Shown: positions 12,250-24,452, numbered from the whole stretch's first letter. The stretch: DNA of 63,623 nt, filler included, from Octopus bimaculoides (GCF_001194135.2; 5 parts of 5 records of this genome joined end to end with filler, not necessarily neighbours in it); one strand, 5' to 3'. Numbers and translations are program-made. The notes: a model not told the origin generated them from the sequence alone.

Positions 12250-12637
12250 TCGTTGTTGTTGGCACTCCGTCGCTTACGACGTCGAGGGTTCCAGTTGATC
12301 CGATCACCAAAACAGCCTGCTCGTGAAATTAACGTGCAAGTGGCTGAGCACTCCACAGACACATGTGCCCTTAACGTAGTTCTCGGGGAGATTCAGCGTG
12401 ACACAGAGTGTGACAAGGCTGACCCTTTGAATTACAGGCACAACAGAAAGAAGTAAGAGTGAGAGAAAGTTGTGGTGAAAGAGTACAGCAGGGTTCGCCA
12501 ACATCCCCTGCCGGAGCCTAGTGGAGCTTTAGGTGTTTTCGCTCAATAAACACTCACAACGCCCGGTCTGGGAATCGAAACCGCGATCCTGTGACCGTGA
12601 GTCCGCTGCCCTAACTACTAGGCCATTGCGCCTCCAC
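12250..12637 (-). mobile_element. SINE family C, full length, with 17-bp TSD
   Basis: Exact TSD TAGGAATTACATATTGG at 12233-12249 and 12638-12654; tRNA-like head GTGGAGGCGCAATGGCCTAGTAGTTAGGG; (CAA)n tail; close match to 21997-22392. Confidence 0.95.
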
Positions 12638-13112
12638 TAGGAATTACATATTGGAAACATAAACATAAAACGGTGTATTCAGCGAGAAGAAAAAACTATG
12701 TTAACAGTAAAAGGCAGAGAACTGAACTCAAATACGCTATAATATTTGTTCGCGTCCCTCTGCGTTCTTAGTTGAAATCCCACTCAGTGATTCGTATTTG
12801 CATATCTGTCATCACTTGATTAATTAAACACCATTAATTTTCATGGTTCGTTTTAATCGATTATACCTTTTAAGACGTTAGACTTAATCCATGACCCGCT
12901 TTTACACCACCACCTGGTCCTTTAGTGTCTTTAGCGGAGTCCCCTCCCTTGCAAGCATTCAACACAAGTCTCCTAGTTAAGAATACCTTCCTCCAATTAT
13001 TACACCAGTTTCAATGATCCATTAAATGGTGATGGGCACCCACTTTCTTCCCGACTAAACGATTAAATAACGACTTCACTATGAAACTTTGTGTCAATAT
13101 AAGAAAAAACAT

Positions 13113-13330
13113 AAGGCGGTGATCTGACAGAATCGTTAACACACTAGGCAAAATGCTTAGCGGTATTTCTTCCGTCGTTACATTTTGAGTTCAAATTCCG
13201 CCAAGATCGACTTTGCCTTTCATTCTTTCGAAGTCGATAAAATAAGTACCAACTGAAAACTGAGAACGATGTAATCAACTTATTCCCTTCTCCGAAATTA
13301 ATGATTATGTACCAAAATTTAAAATCAATA
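13113..13330 (+). mobile_element. SINE family A, diverged
   Basis: Matches the A head and core (GAGTTCAAATTCCGCC, CTTTGCCTTTCAT, GTCGATAAAATAAGTACC). Confidence 0.8.
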
Positions 13331-14382
13331 TGAGAAAAACCAAAGTGATGCCGCAGGGAAAAAGGGCAGCAAAATGCTGAAAGCGATAAAGCACTGAACT
13401 AAATGCCGCCTGGTGTTGTTTCTTTTTCTCTCTAGGTGCTGAGTTCGAATCCCACTGATGTTGGCATAAAATAGTTATTATATATGTGTTGTGAGATTAT
13501 TCAGTCGAGTAGAGTACTTTTCTACAAATAGCTTTGTACTATTGGTAAAACCAATTGTTTACTGAAATAAACTGAAGCCGTTTGATATTAACGAAGTAGT
13601 GGAGAACAATGCTTCTACACAGAACAAATGTCTAAGACATTTGTTCTGTGCCAATAAACAGTCGGTTTTACGCCAGCGAAATACCGACAGTCACTTGGTG
13701 CCAATGAAATGTCAACAATCTACTTGAGAAGAAGAAAAAGCCACCAGTTTCATGGCGGCAATAAAATGTCCGCAATTGTTCGATGCCAACAATCGAGAGA
13801 TATTCGATCCATTCCAACGAAATACCGCTCTATGGCAGGCTTTCAGTCCTGCTTACACACAACCAGTTAGAGCGGCAACGCACAACCAGTTATCTCAGTG
13901 TTATTTGTTCACTGCTAAACAAACATTGCTGAAACCTCGGTATGTTTGAAGTTTAGTTCACTGTGGATTTATGAAAAAAAGACAATACATAGCTATTACA
14001 CATGACCAACAAATAAGGACAGACTGTCTGTGTACTAGCAGTTTCCGACATTAGATAATCTCTTATAACGACCATGAACTAAATTACGGACCACGTCTTG
14101 CCACTCGGCCTCCTAAAAAGACCAGTTGAATATCCCTGAAATTAAATTCTATCATTTAAATATTAGGGAAAAGACACAATTGATGATGTAGGACCAGTTT
14201 CATTTTCTTTTGTTTTTTCTTCTTTCTTTTTCTTTTTTCTGGATGTGAAGAAACGAATAACACCAGGGTCCTTTGGCAGGTCTGCAACATAGTTAAAGCT
14301 GTCATAGCTGCAGCATTGATTTATAAATCGGCTTAATTAGAGCTGATCTGTGGCTAAGTAACAACAATAAATGAAGCAAGGT

Positions 14383-14816
14383 AAGGCGGTGAGCTGGCAG
14401 AAACTTTAGCGCGCCATGCGAAATGCTTAGCGATATTTCGTCTGCCGCTACGTTCTGAGTTCAAATTCCGCCGAGGTCGACTTTGCCTTTCATCCTTTCG
14501 GCGTCGATAAATTAAGTACCAGTTACGCACTGGGGTCGATGTAATCGACTTAATCCCTTTGTCTGTCTTTGTTTCTCCCACTATGTTTAGCCCCTTGTGG
14601 GCAATAAAAAAATAAGAAACGTTAGCATACCAGGCGAAATGCTTAGCAGTATTTCGTCTGTCTTTACGTTCTGAGTTCAACTTCCGCCCAGGTCAACTTT
14701 GCCTTTCATCCTATCGGGGTCGATAAACTAAGTACCTGTTGCGTATTGGGGTCGATCTAGTCGACTGGCCCTCCTCTCCCCAAATTTCGGGCATTGTGCC
14801 TGGAGTAGAAAAGAAT
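14383..14816 (+). mobile_element. SINE family A dimer (full unit with tail 1 + 5'-truncated unit with tail 2)
   Basis: Unit 1 at 14383-14614 ends GGGCAATAAAAAAATA; unit 2 starts AGAAACGTTAGC at 14615 and ends GGAGTAGAAAAGAAT. Confidence 0.9.
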
Positions 14817-14859
14817 AATTGAAGCAAGGTATATATATTTCAAAACCGAAAGCTATTAA

Positions 14860-14902
<43 letters not shown>

Positions 14903-14999
14903 TGTAGAACCTCAAGTGAGATGGTTCCATCGAGAAATGAGTTCACATAAGACACATGTCTCACCTACATTAGAGTACCGTTTAACGGCTTACATCAAC

Positions 15000-15260
15000 T
15001 GGACTAGTACAACTACTACTACACACACACGCAATTATGTACATGCATACATAAACACGCACATACGCAATAGATTCCTACATACATACATACATACATA
15101 CATACATACGCTCACACATGCACATGTCCCTTCATACACGTTCACTTTTGAATGGTGAATTACACACATACACACATACACACATCTGTTCATACACACA
15201 CTACTACACTCACACACATGCGTCCATACACACATACACGCATCTCCAATCAATACCTCA

Positions 15261-15299
<39 letters not shown>

Positions 15300-15540
15300 A
15301 CAGATACATACACTCACATATTCACACAAACACGCACAAACGCGCATGCACCTACTCACTATTTCACTTGCATACATACGCCCACATTCGCATACACCCA
15401 CTCGTACACTCACAAACAGACAGGTGAGCACACATTCACTCACACACGTTCACACAGCTATTCACACATACACGCACACACATTCAGACATATACGCTCG
15501 AAGTCTGACAGAACAACAAACACAGATCCTCTATAAAATG
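15000..15540. repeat. CA/CATA/CT low-complexity tract
   Basis: Degenerate mixed microsatellite; it is the source of the His/Thr- and Val/Cys-rich spurious ORFs. Confidence 0.9.
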
Positions 15541-15585
15541 AACCACACAATTTACCAAGTCCCCACTATTAGCGTACATGGATCC

Positions 15586-15700
15586 TAACCACATGAATTC
15601 GGGTTCAGTCCCACTGCGTAGCACCTTGGGCAAGTGTCGTCTACTATAGCCTCGTGGCGACTACGCCCTGTGAGTAAATTTCTTCAACGCCGTTGTATAT
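15586..15700 (+). mobile_element. SINE family B head fragment
   Basis: GGGTTCAGTCCCACTGCGTAGCACCTTGGGCAAGTGTC matches the B head. Confidence 0.75.
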
Positions 15701-15707
15701 AAATATA

Positions 15708-15926
15708 TTCTTTTATTCTTTTATTGGTTTCAGTCATTTGACTGCGACCATGCTTCAGCACTGCCTTAAAAGTTTTTTTTAGTCGAAGAAATCGACCTCA
15801 GGACTTAGTCTTCCCTTTTTTAAACCTAGTATTTATTCTATCGTTGTCTTTTGCCGAACCGCTAGGTTACGGGGAAGTAACCACAACACCGGTTGTCAAG
15901 CGGCGAAAGTCGGGGGGACAAACACA
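15708..15926 (-). mobile_element. SINE family B 3' body
   Basis: Reverse match to the B 3' body (TTTCAGTCATTTGACTGCG...TTTTGCCGAACCGCTA). Confidence 0.85.
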
Positions 15927-15948
15927 GAAACAAAGACACACACACATA

Positions 15949-16002
<54 letters not shown>

Positions 16003-16003
16003 T

Positions 16004-16035
<32 letters not shown>

Positions 16036-16319
16036 TCAATATTAAGGATATAAATAAATCAGGTACTTAAATGATAGGCACCAGGATGGGTCGAATTAAC
16101 TTGTAAAACAGCACTTTTAGTCGAATAAATATCACGGTTACCGAAGTACATCCAGTGAAATATTCATGTTATGTATACAGACAATTTAAACCTTGTAAGT
16201 ATTTTTATTGCTTAAGGGCTAATCCAAAAATGTGCGTTGTATCGGTCGTATGGTATTTGGTGTACTCTAGAATACCTGACACATAAGTGTGTATATCTAC
16301 TATTGTGCGTCTTTGTGCG

Positions 16320-16518
16320 TGTGTTTGTCCCCCACCATCGCTTGATAACTGGTGTTGGTGTATTTACGTCCATGAAACTTAGCGGTTCGGCCTAAGAGAC
16401 GATAAAATAAGTACCCAAGCTTAAGAAATAATGAAAAAGAAGTACTCAAGTCGGTCGGTTCGACTGAAATATTTGGCCACAGTCTAATCACTGAAACAAG
16501 TAAAAGAAAAAGAAAAAG
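16320..16518 (+). mobile_element. SINE family B 3' body
   Basis: Forward match to the B 3' body; inverted relative to 15708-15926. Confidence 0.8.
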
Positions 16519-16609
16519 TACTAACATGCTACAAACCTACATTCTTTAGAGGAACATATCCTACAAAGAGGGAAAAACTAAAAGTTATCAGTATATATAT
16601 ATGTTTACG

Positions 16610-16829
16610 AAGGCGGCGAGCTGACAGAAACGTTAGCACGCCGGGCCGAGTGCTTGGCGGTATTTCATCTGTCTTTACGTTCTGAGTAGTTCAAATTCCG
16701 CCGAGGTCGACTTTGCCTTTCATCCTTTCGGGGTCGATAAATTAAGTACCAGTTGCGTACTGGAGTTGATGTAATCGACTGGCACCCTCCCCAAAAATTT
16801 AGGGCTTTGTGCCAAGAGCAGAAAAGAAT
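16610..16829 (+). mobile_element. SINE family A (tail type 2)
   Basis: Near-consensus head and core, followed by (GT)n. Confidence 0.9.
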
Positions 16830-17502
16830 GTGTGTGTGTGTGTGTGTGTGTNNNNNNNNNNNNNNNNNNNNNNNNNNNNNNNNNNNNNNNNNNNNNNNNN
16901 NNNNNNNNNNNNNNNNNNNNNNNNNNNNNNNNNNNNNNNNNNNNNNNNNNNNNNNNNNNNNNNNNNNNNNNNNNNNNNNNNNNNNNNNNNNNNNNNNNNN
17001 NNNNNNNNNNNNNNNNNNNNNNNNNNNNNNNNNNNNNNNNNNNNNNNNNNNNNNNNNNNNNNNNNNNNNNNNNNNNNNNNNNNNNNNNNNNNNNNNNNNN
17101 NNNNNNNNNNNNNNNNNNNNNNNNNNNNNNNNNNNNNNNNNNNNNNNNNNNNNNNNNNNNNNNNNNNNNNNNNNNNNNNNNNNNNNNNNNNNNNNNNNNN
17201 NNNNNNNNNNNNNNNNNNNNNNNNNNNNNNNNNNNNNNNNNNNNNNNNNNNNNNNNNNNNNNNNNNNNNNNNNNNNNNNNNNNNNNNNNNNNNNNNNNNN
17301 NNNNNNNNNNNNNNNNNNNNNNNNNNNNNNNNNNNNNNNNNNNNNNNNNNNNNNNNNNNNNNNNNNNNNNNNNNNNNNNNNNNNNNNNNNNNNNNNNNNN
17401 NNNNNNNNNNNNNNNNNNNNNNNNNNNNNNNNNNNNNNNNNNNNNNNNNNNNNNNNNNNNNNNNNNNNNNNNNNNNNNNNNNNNNNNNNNNNNNNNACAT
17501 AT

Positions 17503-17541
<39 letters not shown>

Positions 17542-18712
17542 CATACATACATACATGCATACATAAATACATACATACATACATGCATACATACATACAT
17601 ACATACATACATACATACACACATAAATATATGCATGAATATTTTCATATACACATGTAGATGTATGCATATGTAGATGTATGCATCTGCATATGTATGT
17701 ATAAGCACTAAACTTTGGTATCCAATTTATTTTCTTTCAGATTCCATTTATAAATAAATCATTCGGGCTTTCTATATTAATCAAGTAACTTTAATTTCCA
17801 TTGTATTGACCACAGAAACTCATAGATACACATACACACACACAGACTTTTATACGTTTGCGAGTATATGTGTGCTTTGCGAGTATGCGTGTGCATTGTA
17901 ATATAGTAAACCGAAAATCTGTCCCTGAATTAAGTTTATCAAAAGAATTTTTTAAATAGTACAAAAGCACCCCCTATTTGCGTTTACAATAAAAAAAACA
18001 AAGAAATCAGCAGCGGGTACATCACCAGAGGAAGTTTTGTCTGCCGGTTACTTGGGTAATCTTAGTTGATCATTCGAGTTTTTCAATTTACAATACTACA
18101 TAAAGTAAAATCCTCACATATTTGCATTTTGCAAGCTTACTTCTCCCTAGACATATTTTTCTCCGCCATATTGTTAAAAGTCAAACTGAACAGAAAGCTG
18201 TTATTTACCGAAAACAGAACCTCTATGTATCGCTCGACCTGTTGGAAATGGAAGCGAAATATCCCTCGAATACCATATACAATTACCTTGGAAGATGACA
18301 TGTTGGATAATATCTCTGTATTGTATTTGACGTTATCGTTCCCCTAGCCAGTGACTGTTCGGTAGAGTCGTAAATTGTGCAGCAAGTCAATAATAAACGA
18401 AATGTTTGTTTGTGATCTTAAGTCTCGTTTGACGCCGATGTAAGGGAAAAAAATTAAAATTCAACAATCTAGAAGGTTCCGCAAAGCCGATAACAACTAC
18501 CTTCATCTTCGACTTAAAAACAAATATTATTACTTATAATATCATAAATATATATCAATGTGTGCATGCGCAGCCGTATGAACGTGTGTATGTGTGAGTG
18601 TTTAACTGCAAGTATGATTCGACCTTCATATTAGTGACTGTAAATGATTTTATACACATACATATAGAAATACATATGTATGTATGTAAGTGTAAATATA
18701 TAGACGCACATG

Positions 18713-18747
<35 letters not shown>

Positions 18748-18871
18748 GCATGTATGCATGTACGTGTAAATATATAGGCACACATACAGACACATGAAAT
18801 ATAGACATATACACAAACACAGATGTGTATATGTGTGTGTATGCATATATATATATATATATATATATATA

Positions 18872-18971
18872 NNNNNNNNNNNNNNNNNNNNNNNNNNNNN
18901 NNNNNNNNNNNNNNNTTAATTAATTAANNNNNNNNNNNNNNNNNNNNNNNNNNNNNNNNNNNNNNNNNNNN
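18872..18971. other. Artificial scaffold-join spacer N44-TTAATTAATTAA-N44
   Basis: Exactly 44 N + a 12-mer giving stops in all six frames + 44 N; identical at four sites. Confidence 0.97.
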
Positions 18972-19059
18972 AGAGAATGTGTATTGGTATGTTTGTAAGA
19001 TCCTGTGAGTGCGTATGCATATGTATTTATTTATGTATATATGCATATATGTATGAGTG

Positions 19060-19098
<39 letters not shown>

Positions 19099-19154
19099 TA
19101 TTCTATACATACATACATAGATACATATATATATATGTGTGTGTATGTGTGTGA

Positions 19155-19186
<32 letters not shown>

Positions 19187-19362
19187 ATGTATACACACAT
19201 ATATACTGTTGTGTCTGGGCAGAGTCATTTTCTTATTGTGTCTTAAAATTTAACACACTCACTGGTAAAATTTCCACTTATTTTTCTTTTTTATTTTCCT
19301 AAAATTTTCGTTGTGTCTTGCAACCTTATCAATAGTCAAGACATATAAAAAACACTGTCCAT

Positions 19363-19520
19363 TCTATGGGATGGTTGCTGTTAGGAAGGGCATCCAGCCA
19401 TAAAAACTGTGCCAAAACAGGCACAATAGTCTGGGGTAGTCTTCTACCTGGCCGGCTCCTGTCAAATAGTCCAACCCATGCCAGCAGGGAAGGTGGACAT
19501 TAAATGATGATGATGATGAT
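19363..19520 (+). mobile_element. 3' end of an RTE-type LINE/SINE with (GAT)n tail
   Basis: GGCATCCAGCC...CCCATGCCAGCA...GGACATTAAATGATGATGATGAT; a short-repeat tail of this kind is typical of RTE-clade ends. Confidence 0.6.
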
Positions 19521-19894
19521 ATATTTATATATATATATATATATAATATACAGGGATTAGCATTGAGTTGCTTCTCCAACATACTGAAAATTTAGAAATA
19601 GCAGTCAAAGAACTACTGATTCTAAGCTACAAATTTTTCTCTAAATGGATGGCGATATTTATGGCACACATAGAACAAAAAACCGGAGGGGAAAGCATAA
19701 ACAAAACAAGTCTTTAGTTAATCGGATACGATCGTTTCATGGTTAAGAGAATGAAAAATCCCTATTCCAATCCTCAGTCCGATATTCTGATAAATTTGAA
19801 AGTGTCTCTACTTGGCAAAATTGTTAATTATTAATTCTATTATTAATTGACGATTCCCTGCCCTTATTCTTGTATATATATATATATATATATG

Positions 19895-20067
19895 ATGGGC
19901 TTCTTTCAGTTTCCATCTATGAAATCAGTGCACTAGGTTTTTGTCAGCCTGGAGCTATATAGTAGAAGACACTTGCCCAAGGTGCCATGCAGTGGGATTG
20001 AACCTGGAACCATAATGGTTGGGAAGCAAGCCTTCTTATCACACAAGCTCACAGCCACAGCTGCCCC
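19895..20067 (-). mobile_element. SINE family B head
   Basis: Reverse match including CACTTGCCCAAGGTGCCA and GAACCTGGAACC. Confidence 0.8.
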
Positions 20068-20596
20068 ATTAGGCTTTTGCTTTTGCTCTTAAAAAAAATC
20101 CAAAACCATTTATTACTCTTTTGTTTAAATGCAGGCAGCAAACTTAATGCAGTAAGTTGAAAATAATCTTTACACAATTAATATAATATTCGTTATGAAA
20201 AGAAATTTCATTAGCATTGACGGCAACTCTTACATATTAATCAAGCAGAAAGAATTCCTGGGAAATTTTCCCATGTCAATTTACTGCACTTTTGATCTAT
20301 CTGATACAGTTTAACGGAGACAAGTTCCAGCCTACCCCTGACATTACAGTTGAGTGTGCTTAGATGTAAAAAGAGACGTCACATCCGAACAGCTGTTTAA
20401 ACAACCATATCAAACAGCAGCAATGAGGTAAGCTACTTGTCAAGAAAGACTAACCTCTATGCTAGTGGTAGCCTGTATGTGGTGCTCCGTATAATAGGAA
20501 GCACTAGATGCACTCAGACTGAAAAAAAGAAAGAAAGAAAAGAAAACTGGTAATTTTCGAAGCTGTAAAATCCTTTGATGAGAAATGAACCTTGTG

Positions 20597-21480
20597 TTAA
20601 CTCCTTTACATTTAATCTGGCCATATCTGGCCAATATGTCCTACCTCTTTTATGTTCAAAGCAGTCAGATCTGGTCTTTTTCACACCTACTCTAAAATGT
20701 CATTCTAAAACTAAACAATCCCATCATTGAAATCTCAAAGCTACGAGATAAAACATGATTGATAGAGAACAATGTGAATAAATAAGCGATGGCATTTGAC
20801 AGAATAATCCGAACACTAAAGGGTTAATGTTTAAACTAGCCAGATCCAGCCTCTTGTACCTACCCTACAATATCATTCTAAAAATAAGCAACCATGTTAT
20901 TGAAATCTTGAAGCTCCAAGATAAGACATGATTAATTCAAAACTATGTGAATAAATAAGCATTGCATTTGATGGAGTAATATGAATGTGAAAGGGTTCTA
21001 CTGGCCATATCAGGCCCAAATATTCTACTTGTTTTATGAGCAAACTGGCCAGGTCTGGCCTTTCTCACCTACCCTACAATGTCACTCTAAAAATAAACAA
21101 TCACATCATTGAAATCTCAAAGCTAGAAGATAGTGCATGATTAACACAAAACAATGGCAATAAATAATCCATTACATTTGACAGAGTAATCTGAATGTAA
21201 AAAGTTATGCCAGCCATATCTGGTCTCTCATACCTACCCTACAGTGTCATTCTAAAAATAGACAATCACAATATCAAAATACATAATTATTCAAAATTAT
21301 GTGAATAAATAAGCATTACATTTGATGGAGTAATCTGAATGCAAAAGGGGGAATGTTTAAAGTAGCCAGATCCAGCCTCTCATGCCTATCCTACATTGTC
21401 ATTAAAAAATAAACACCATTGAAATCTTGAAGCTACAAGATAATGCATAATTAACACAAAACAATGTGAATAAACAAGTC
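20597..21480. mobile_element. Tandem array of about 5 copies of a ~230-bp TTAA-bounded MITE-like element
   Basis: Copy 1 (20597-20827) is bounded by TTAACTCCTTT...AAAGGGTTAA. The core ACCTACCCTACAATGTCATTCTAAAAAT...GTGAATAAATAAGC recurs at about 20690, 20860, 21070, 21235 and 21385. Confidence 0.8.
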
Positions 21481-21654
21481 TTAGATTTTAAATAGTTTGA
21501 AGGCTGAACAACAATACCAACTAAATATACTAGACTTTAAGTGGCACCACATGAACAATAATGGTTTTTAGACCTCTGTAATAAAACTCAGAAACACACA
21601 CACACACATGCATTTATAAGTGTGAACATAAGTACAGTAATACTTCACTCTACG

Positions 21655-21985
21655 AGAATCTGCTTTACAAGACCCTGGGTTTACGAGTTTTATTTTTCAA
21701 GGACAAGATCTAAATTTTAGATGACATGCATAAGTTTCTACTACCATAACAAATGCAAGTCCACGAAAGCATTCCTTCAGAATCAAATTCCAAAGGGCAA
21801 AGATGTAGAAGAAACTTGAATAATATCTGTCCCTTGTGCTTCAAACCCTGTCAGTCAACAGCTGGTCTTAAAAGTCATCTGAGGGCTCATCAACGGAGTG
21901 ACTGTACTGTGTGATAGTGTGATGAGTGTATGTGTTGATGGGACAGCTATCATCTCTCAAGATGAAGCAATCATCATTATGATAT
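21655..21985 (+). mobile_element. RTE-clade LINE ORF2 3' end (terminal zinc finger) + 3'UTR
   Basis: CPLCFKPCQSTAGLKSHLRAH-QRSDCTV* at 21828-21915, followed by a short 3'UTR ending in (ATC)-type repeats. A single terminal CxxC..HxxxH is typical of RTE ORF2. Confidence 0.62.
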
Positions 21986-21996
21986 ATGTATGTATG

Positions 21997-22392
21997 TGTG
22001 GAGGCACAATGGCCCAGTGGTTAGGGTAGTGAACTCGCGGTCATAGGATCACGGTTTCGCTTCCCAGACTGGGTGTTGTGAGTGTTTATTGAGCGAAAAC
22101 ACCTAAAAAGCTCCACGAGGCTCCGGCAGGGGATGGTGGTGAACCCTGCTGTACTCTTTCACCACAACTTTCTCTCACTCTTACTTCCTGTTTCTGTTGT
22201 GCCAGTAATTCAAAGGGCCAGCCTTGTCACACTCTGTGTCACGCTGAATCTCCCCGAGAACTGCGTTAAGGGTACACGTGTCTGTGGAGTGCTCAGCCAC
22301 TTGCACGTTAATTTCACGAGCAGGCTGTTCCGTTGATCGGATCAATTGGAACCCTCGATGTCGTAAGCGATGGAGTGCCAACAGCAACAACA
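21997..22392 (+). mobile_element. SINE family C, full length, with 11-bp TSD
   Basis: TSD ATGTATGTATG at 21986-21996 and 22393-22403; collinear with 12250-12637. Confidence 0.92.
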
Positions 22393-22850
22393 ATGTATGT
22401 ATGGTGCTGTCAACATCAGACATACCTTGAGGACCGTTAGAATATGTTTTTGAATGTTTTCTTCCACATTTATGCCGGCTCCTCATCCCTAAATCAGTGA
22501 CCGGTTTATTTCTCCCGTTATAAATAAGAAAAACACCTTTTACTTAACACCGGATCATTATTCAGATCGGGTTTTAGAAACATATGTGTTCTGTCCCGTG
22601 GAATTTCGCTAACACGACGATCATGACATGTACGTACGAAATTACATACATATATACATACGTACATACTTACAGACACACGTTGGTATAGAAATATAAT
22701 TTGTAAACCAATTAATTAATCAACTAATTAATCTTGACCTAAAATTTGTTTAACAGATTGTAATCCAATTGGTGTAATTAAGTTGAAATAGCAGACAATC
22801 TAAGATAGTGTTTTGGTTAGTGTACAACAACAGCAACATTAATAAGAATT

Positions 22851-23120
22851 AAGGCAGCGAGGTAGCAGAATCGTTAGCACGCCGGGCGGAATTCTTAGCG
22901 GTATTTTGTCTGCCGTTACATTCTGAGTTCCAATTCCGCCGAGGTCAACTTTGCCTTTCATCCTTTCGGGGTCGATAAATTAAGTACCAGTTACGCACTG
23001 GGGTCGATGTAATCGACTTAATCCCTTTGTCTGTCCTTGTTTGTCCCCTCTATGTTTAGCCCCTTGTGGGCAATAAAGAAATCGTTAGCACGCCAAGCAA
23101 ATTGCTTAGCGGTATTTCGT
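22851..23120 (+). mobile_element. SINE family A (tail 1) followed by the start of a second unit
   Basis: Full unit ends CAATAAAGAAAT at 23082; a second head CGTTAGCACGCC...GGTATTTCGT occupies 23083-23120. Confidence 0.9.
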
Positions 23121-23206
23121 ACGACGGTAATTCCCTATTTTACATTCGTCAAATAGATTTGTTCTGGACCACATTGAGAACACTACGCACAATCAAACAC
23201 ATATGT

Positions 23207-23552
23207 TTTTACTCTTCTTCTTATTTCAGTCATTTGACTGCGGCCATGCTGGAGCACTGCCTTTCGTCGAACAAATCGGCCCCAGGACTTATTCTTTGTA
23301 AGCCTAGTACTTATTCTAACGGTCTTTTTTGCCGAACCGCTAGGTTACGGGTATGTAAACACATCAATGTCAGTTGTCAAGCGATGGTGGTGGGAACAAA
23401 CACAGATACACAGTGGGCTTCTTTCAGTTTCCGTCTACCAAATCCACTCACAAGGCTTTGGTCGGCCCGAGGCTAAAGTAGAAAACACTTGCCCAAGGCG
23501 TCACACAGTACCATGTGATTGAGAAGCAAGCTTCTAATCACACAGCCACACC
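23207..23552 (-). mobile_element. SINE family B, near full length
   Basis: 3' body, short microsatellite and head in reverse orientation. Confidence 0.9.
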
Positions 23553-23782
23553 ATAATGTGAGAAAACGAGAAGACAAAGAAATAATCAATTATGTTATGA
23601 AGTTCATTAGCATACAAGTGTTTCTGCTATAAGATGCAGTGTACTCATAGTTGAGTGGCTTCATCAGAGCTTTATATATGATGTGCTCATTTTCTTATTC
23701 TCATTCTGTACTCGACTGTACTTCATTTTGAAGCAGTGGATATTGAGCTCTACACCAGGATATTAATATCACAATGCTGAAG

Positions 23783-23818
<36 letters not shown>

Positions 23819-24452
23819 NNNNNNNNNNNNNNNNNNNNNNNNNNNNNNNNNNNNNNNNNNNNNNNNNNNNNNNNNNNNNNNNNNNNNNNNNNNNNNNNNN
23901 NNNNNNNNNNNNNNNNNNNNNNNNNNNNNNNNNNNNNNNNNNNNNNNNNNNNNNNNNNNNNNNNNNNNNNNNNNNNNNNNNNNNNNNNNNNNNNNNNNNN
24001 NNNNNNNNNNNNNNNNNNNNNNNNNNNNNNNNNNNNNNNNNNNNNNNNNNNNNNNNNNNNNNNNNNNNNNNNNNNNNNNNNNNNNNNNNNNNNNNNNNNN
24101 NNNNNNNNNNNNNNNNNNNNNNNNNNNNNNNNNNNNNNNNNNNNNNNNNNNNNNNNNNNNNNNNNNNNNNNNNNNNNNNNNNNNNNNNNNNNNNNNNNNN
24201 NNNNNNNNNNNNNNNNNNNNNNNNNNNNNNNNNNNNNNNNNNNNNNNNNNNNNNNNNNNNNNNNNNNNNNNNNNNNNNNNNNNNNNNNNNNNNNNNNNNN
24301 NNNNNNNNNNNNNNNNNNNNNNNNNNNNNNNNNNNNNNNNNNNNNNNNNNNNNNNNNNNNNNNNNNNNNNNNNNNNNNNNNNNNNNNNNNNNNNNNNNNN
24401 NNNNNNNCGTATATATATATATATATATATATGTATATGTTTGTGTGTTTGT

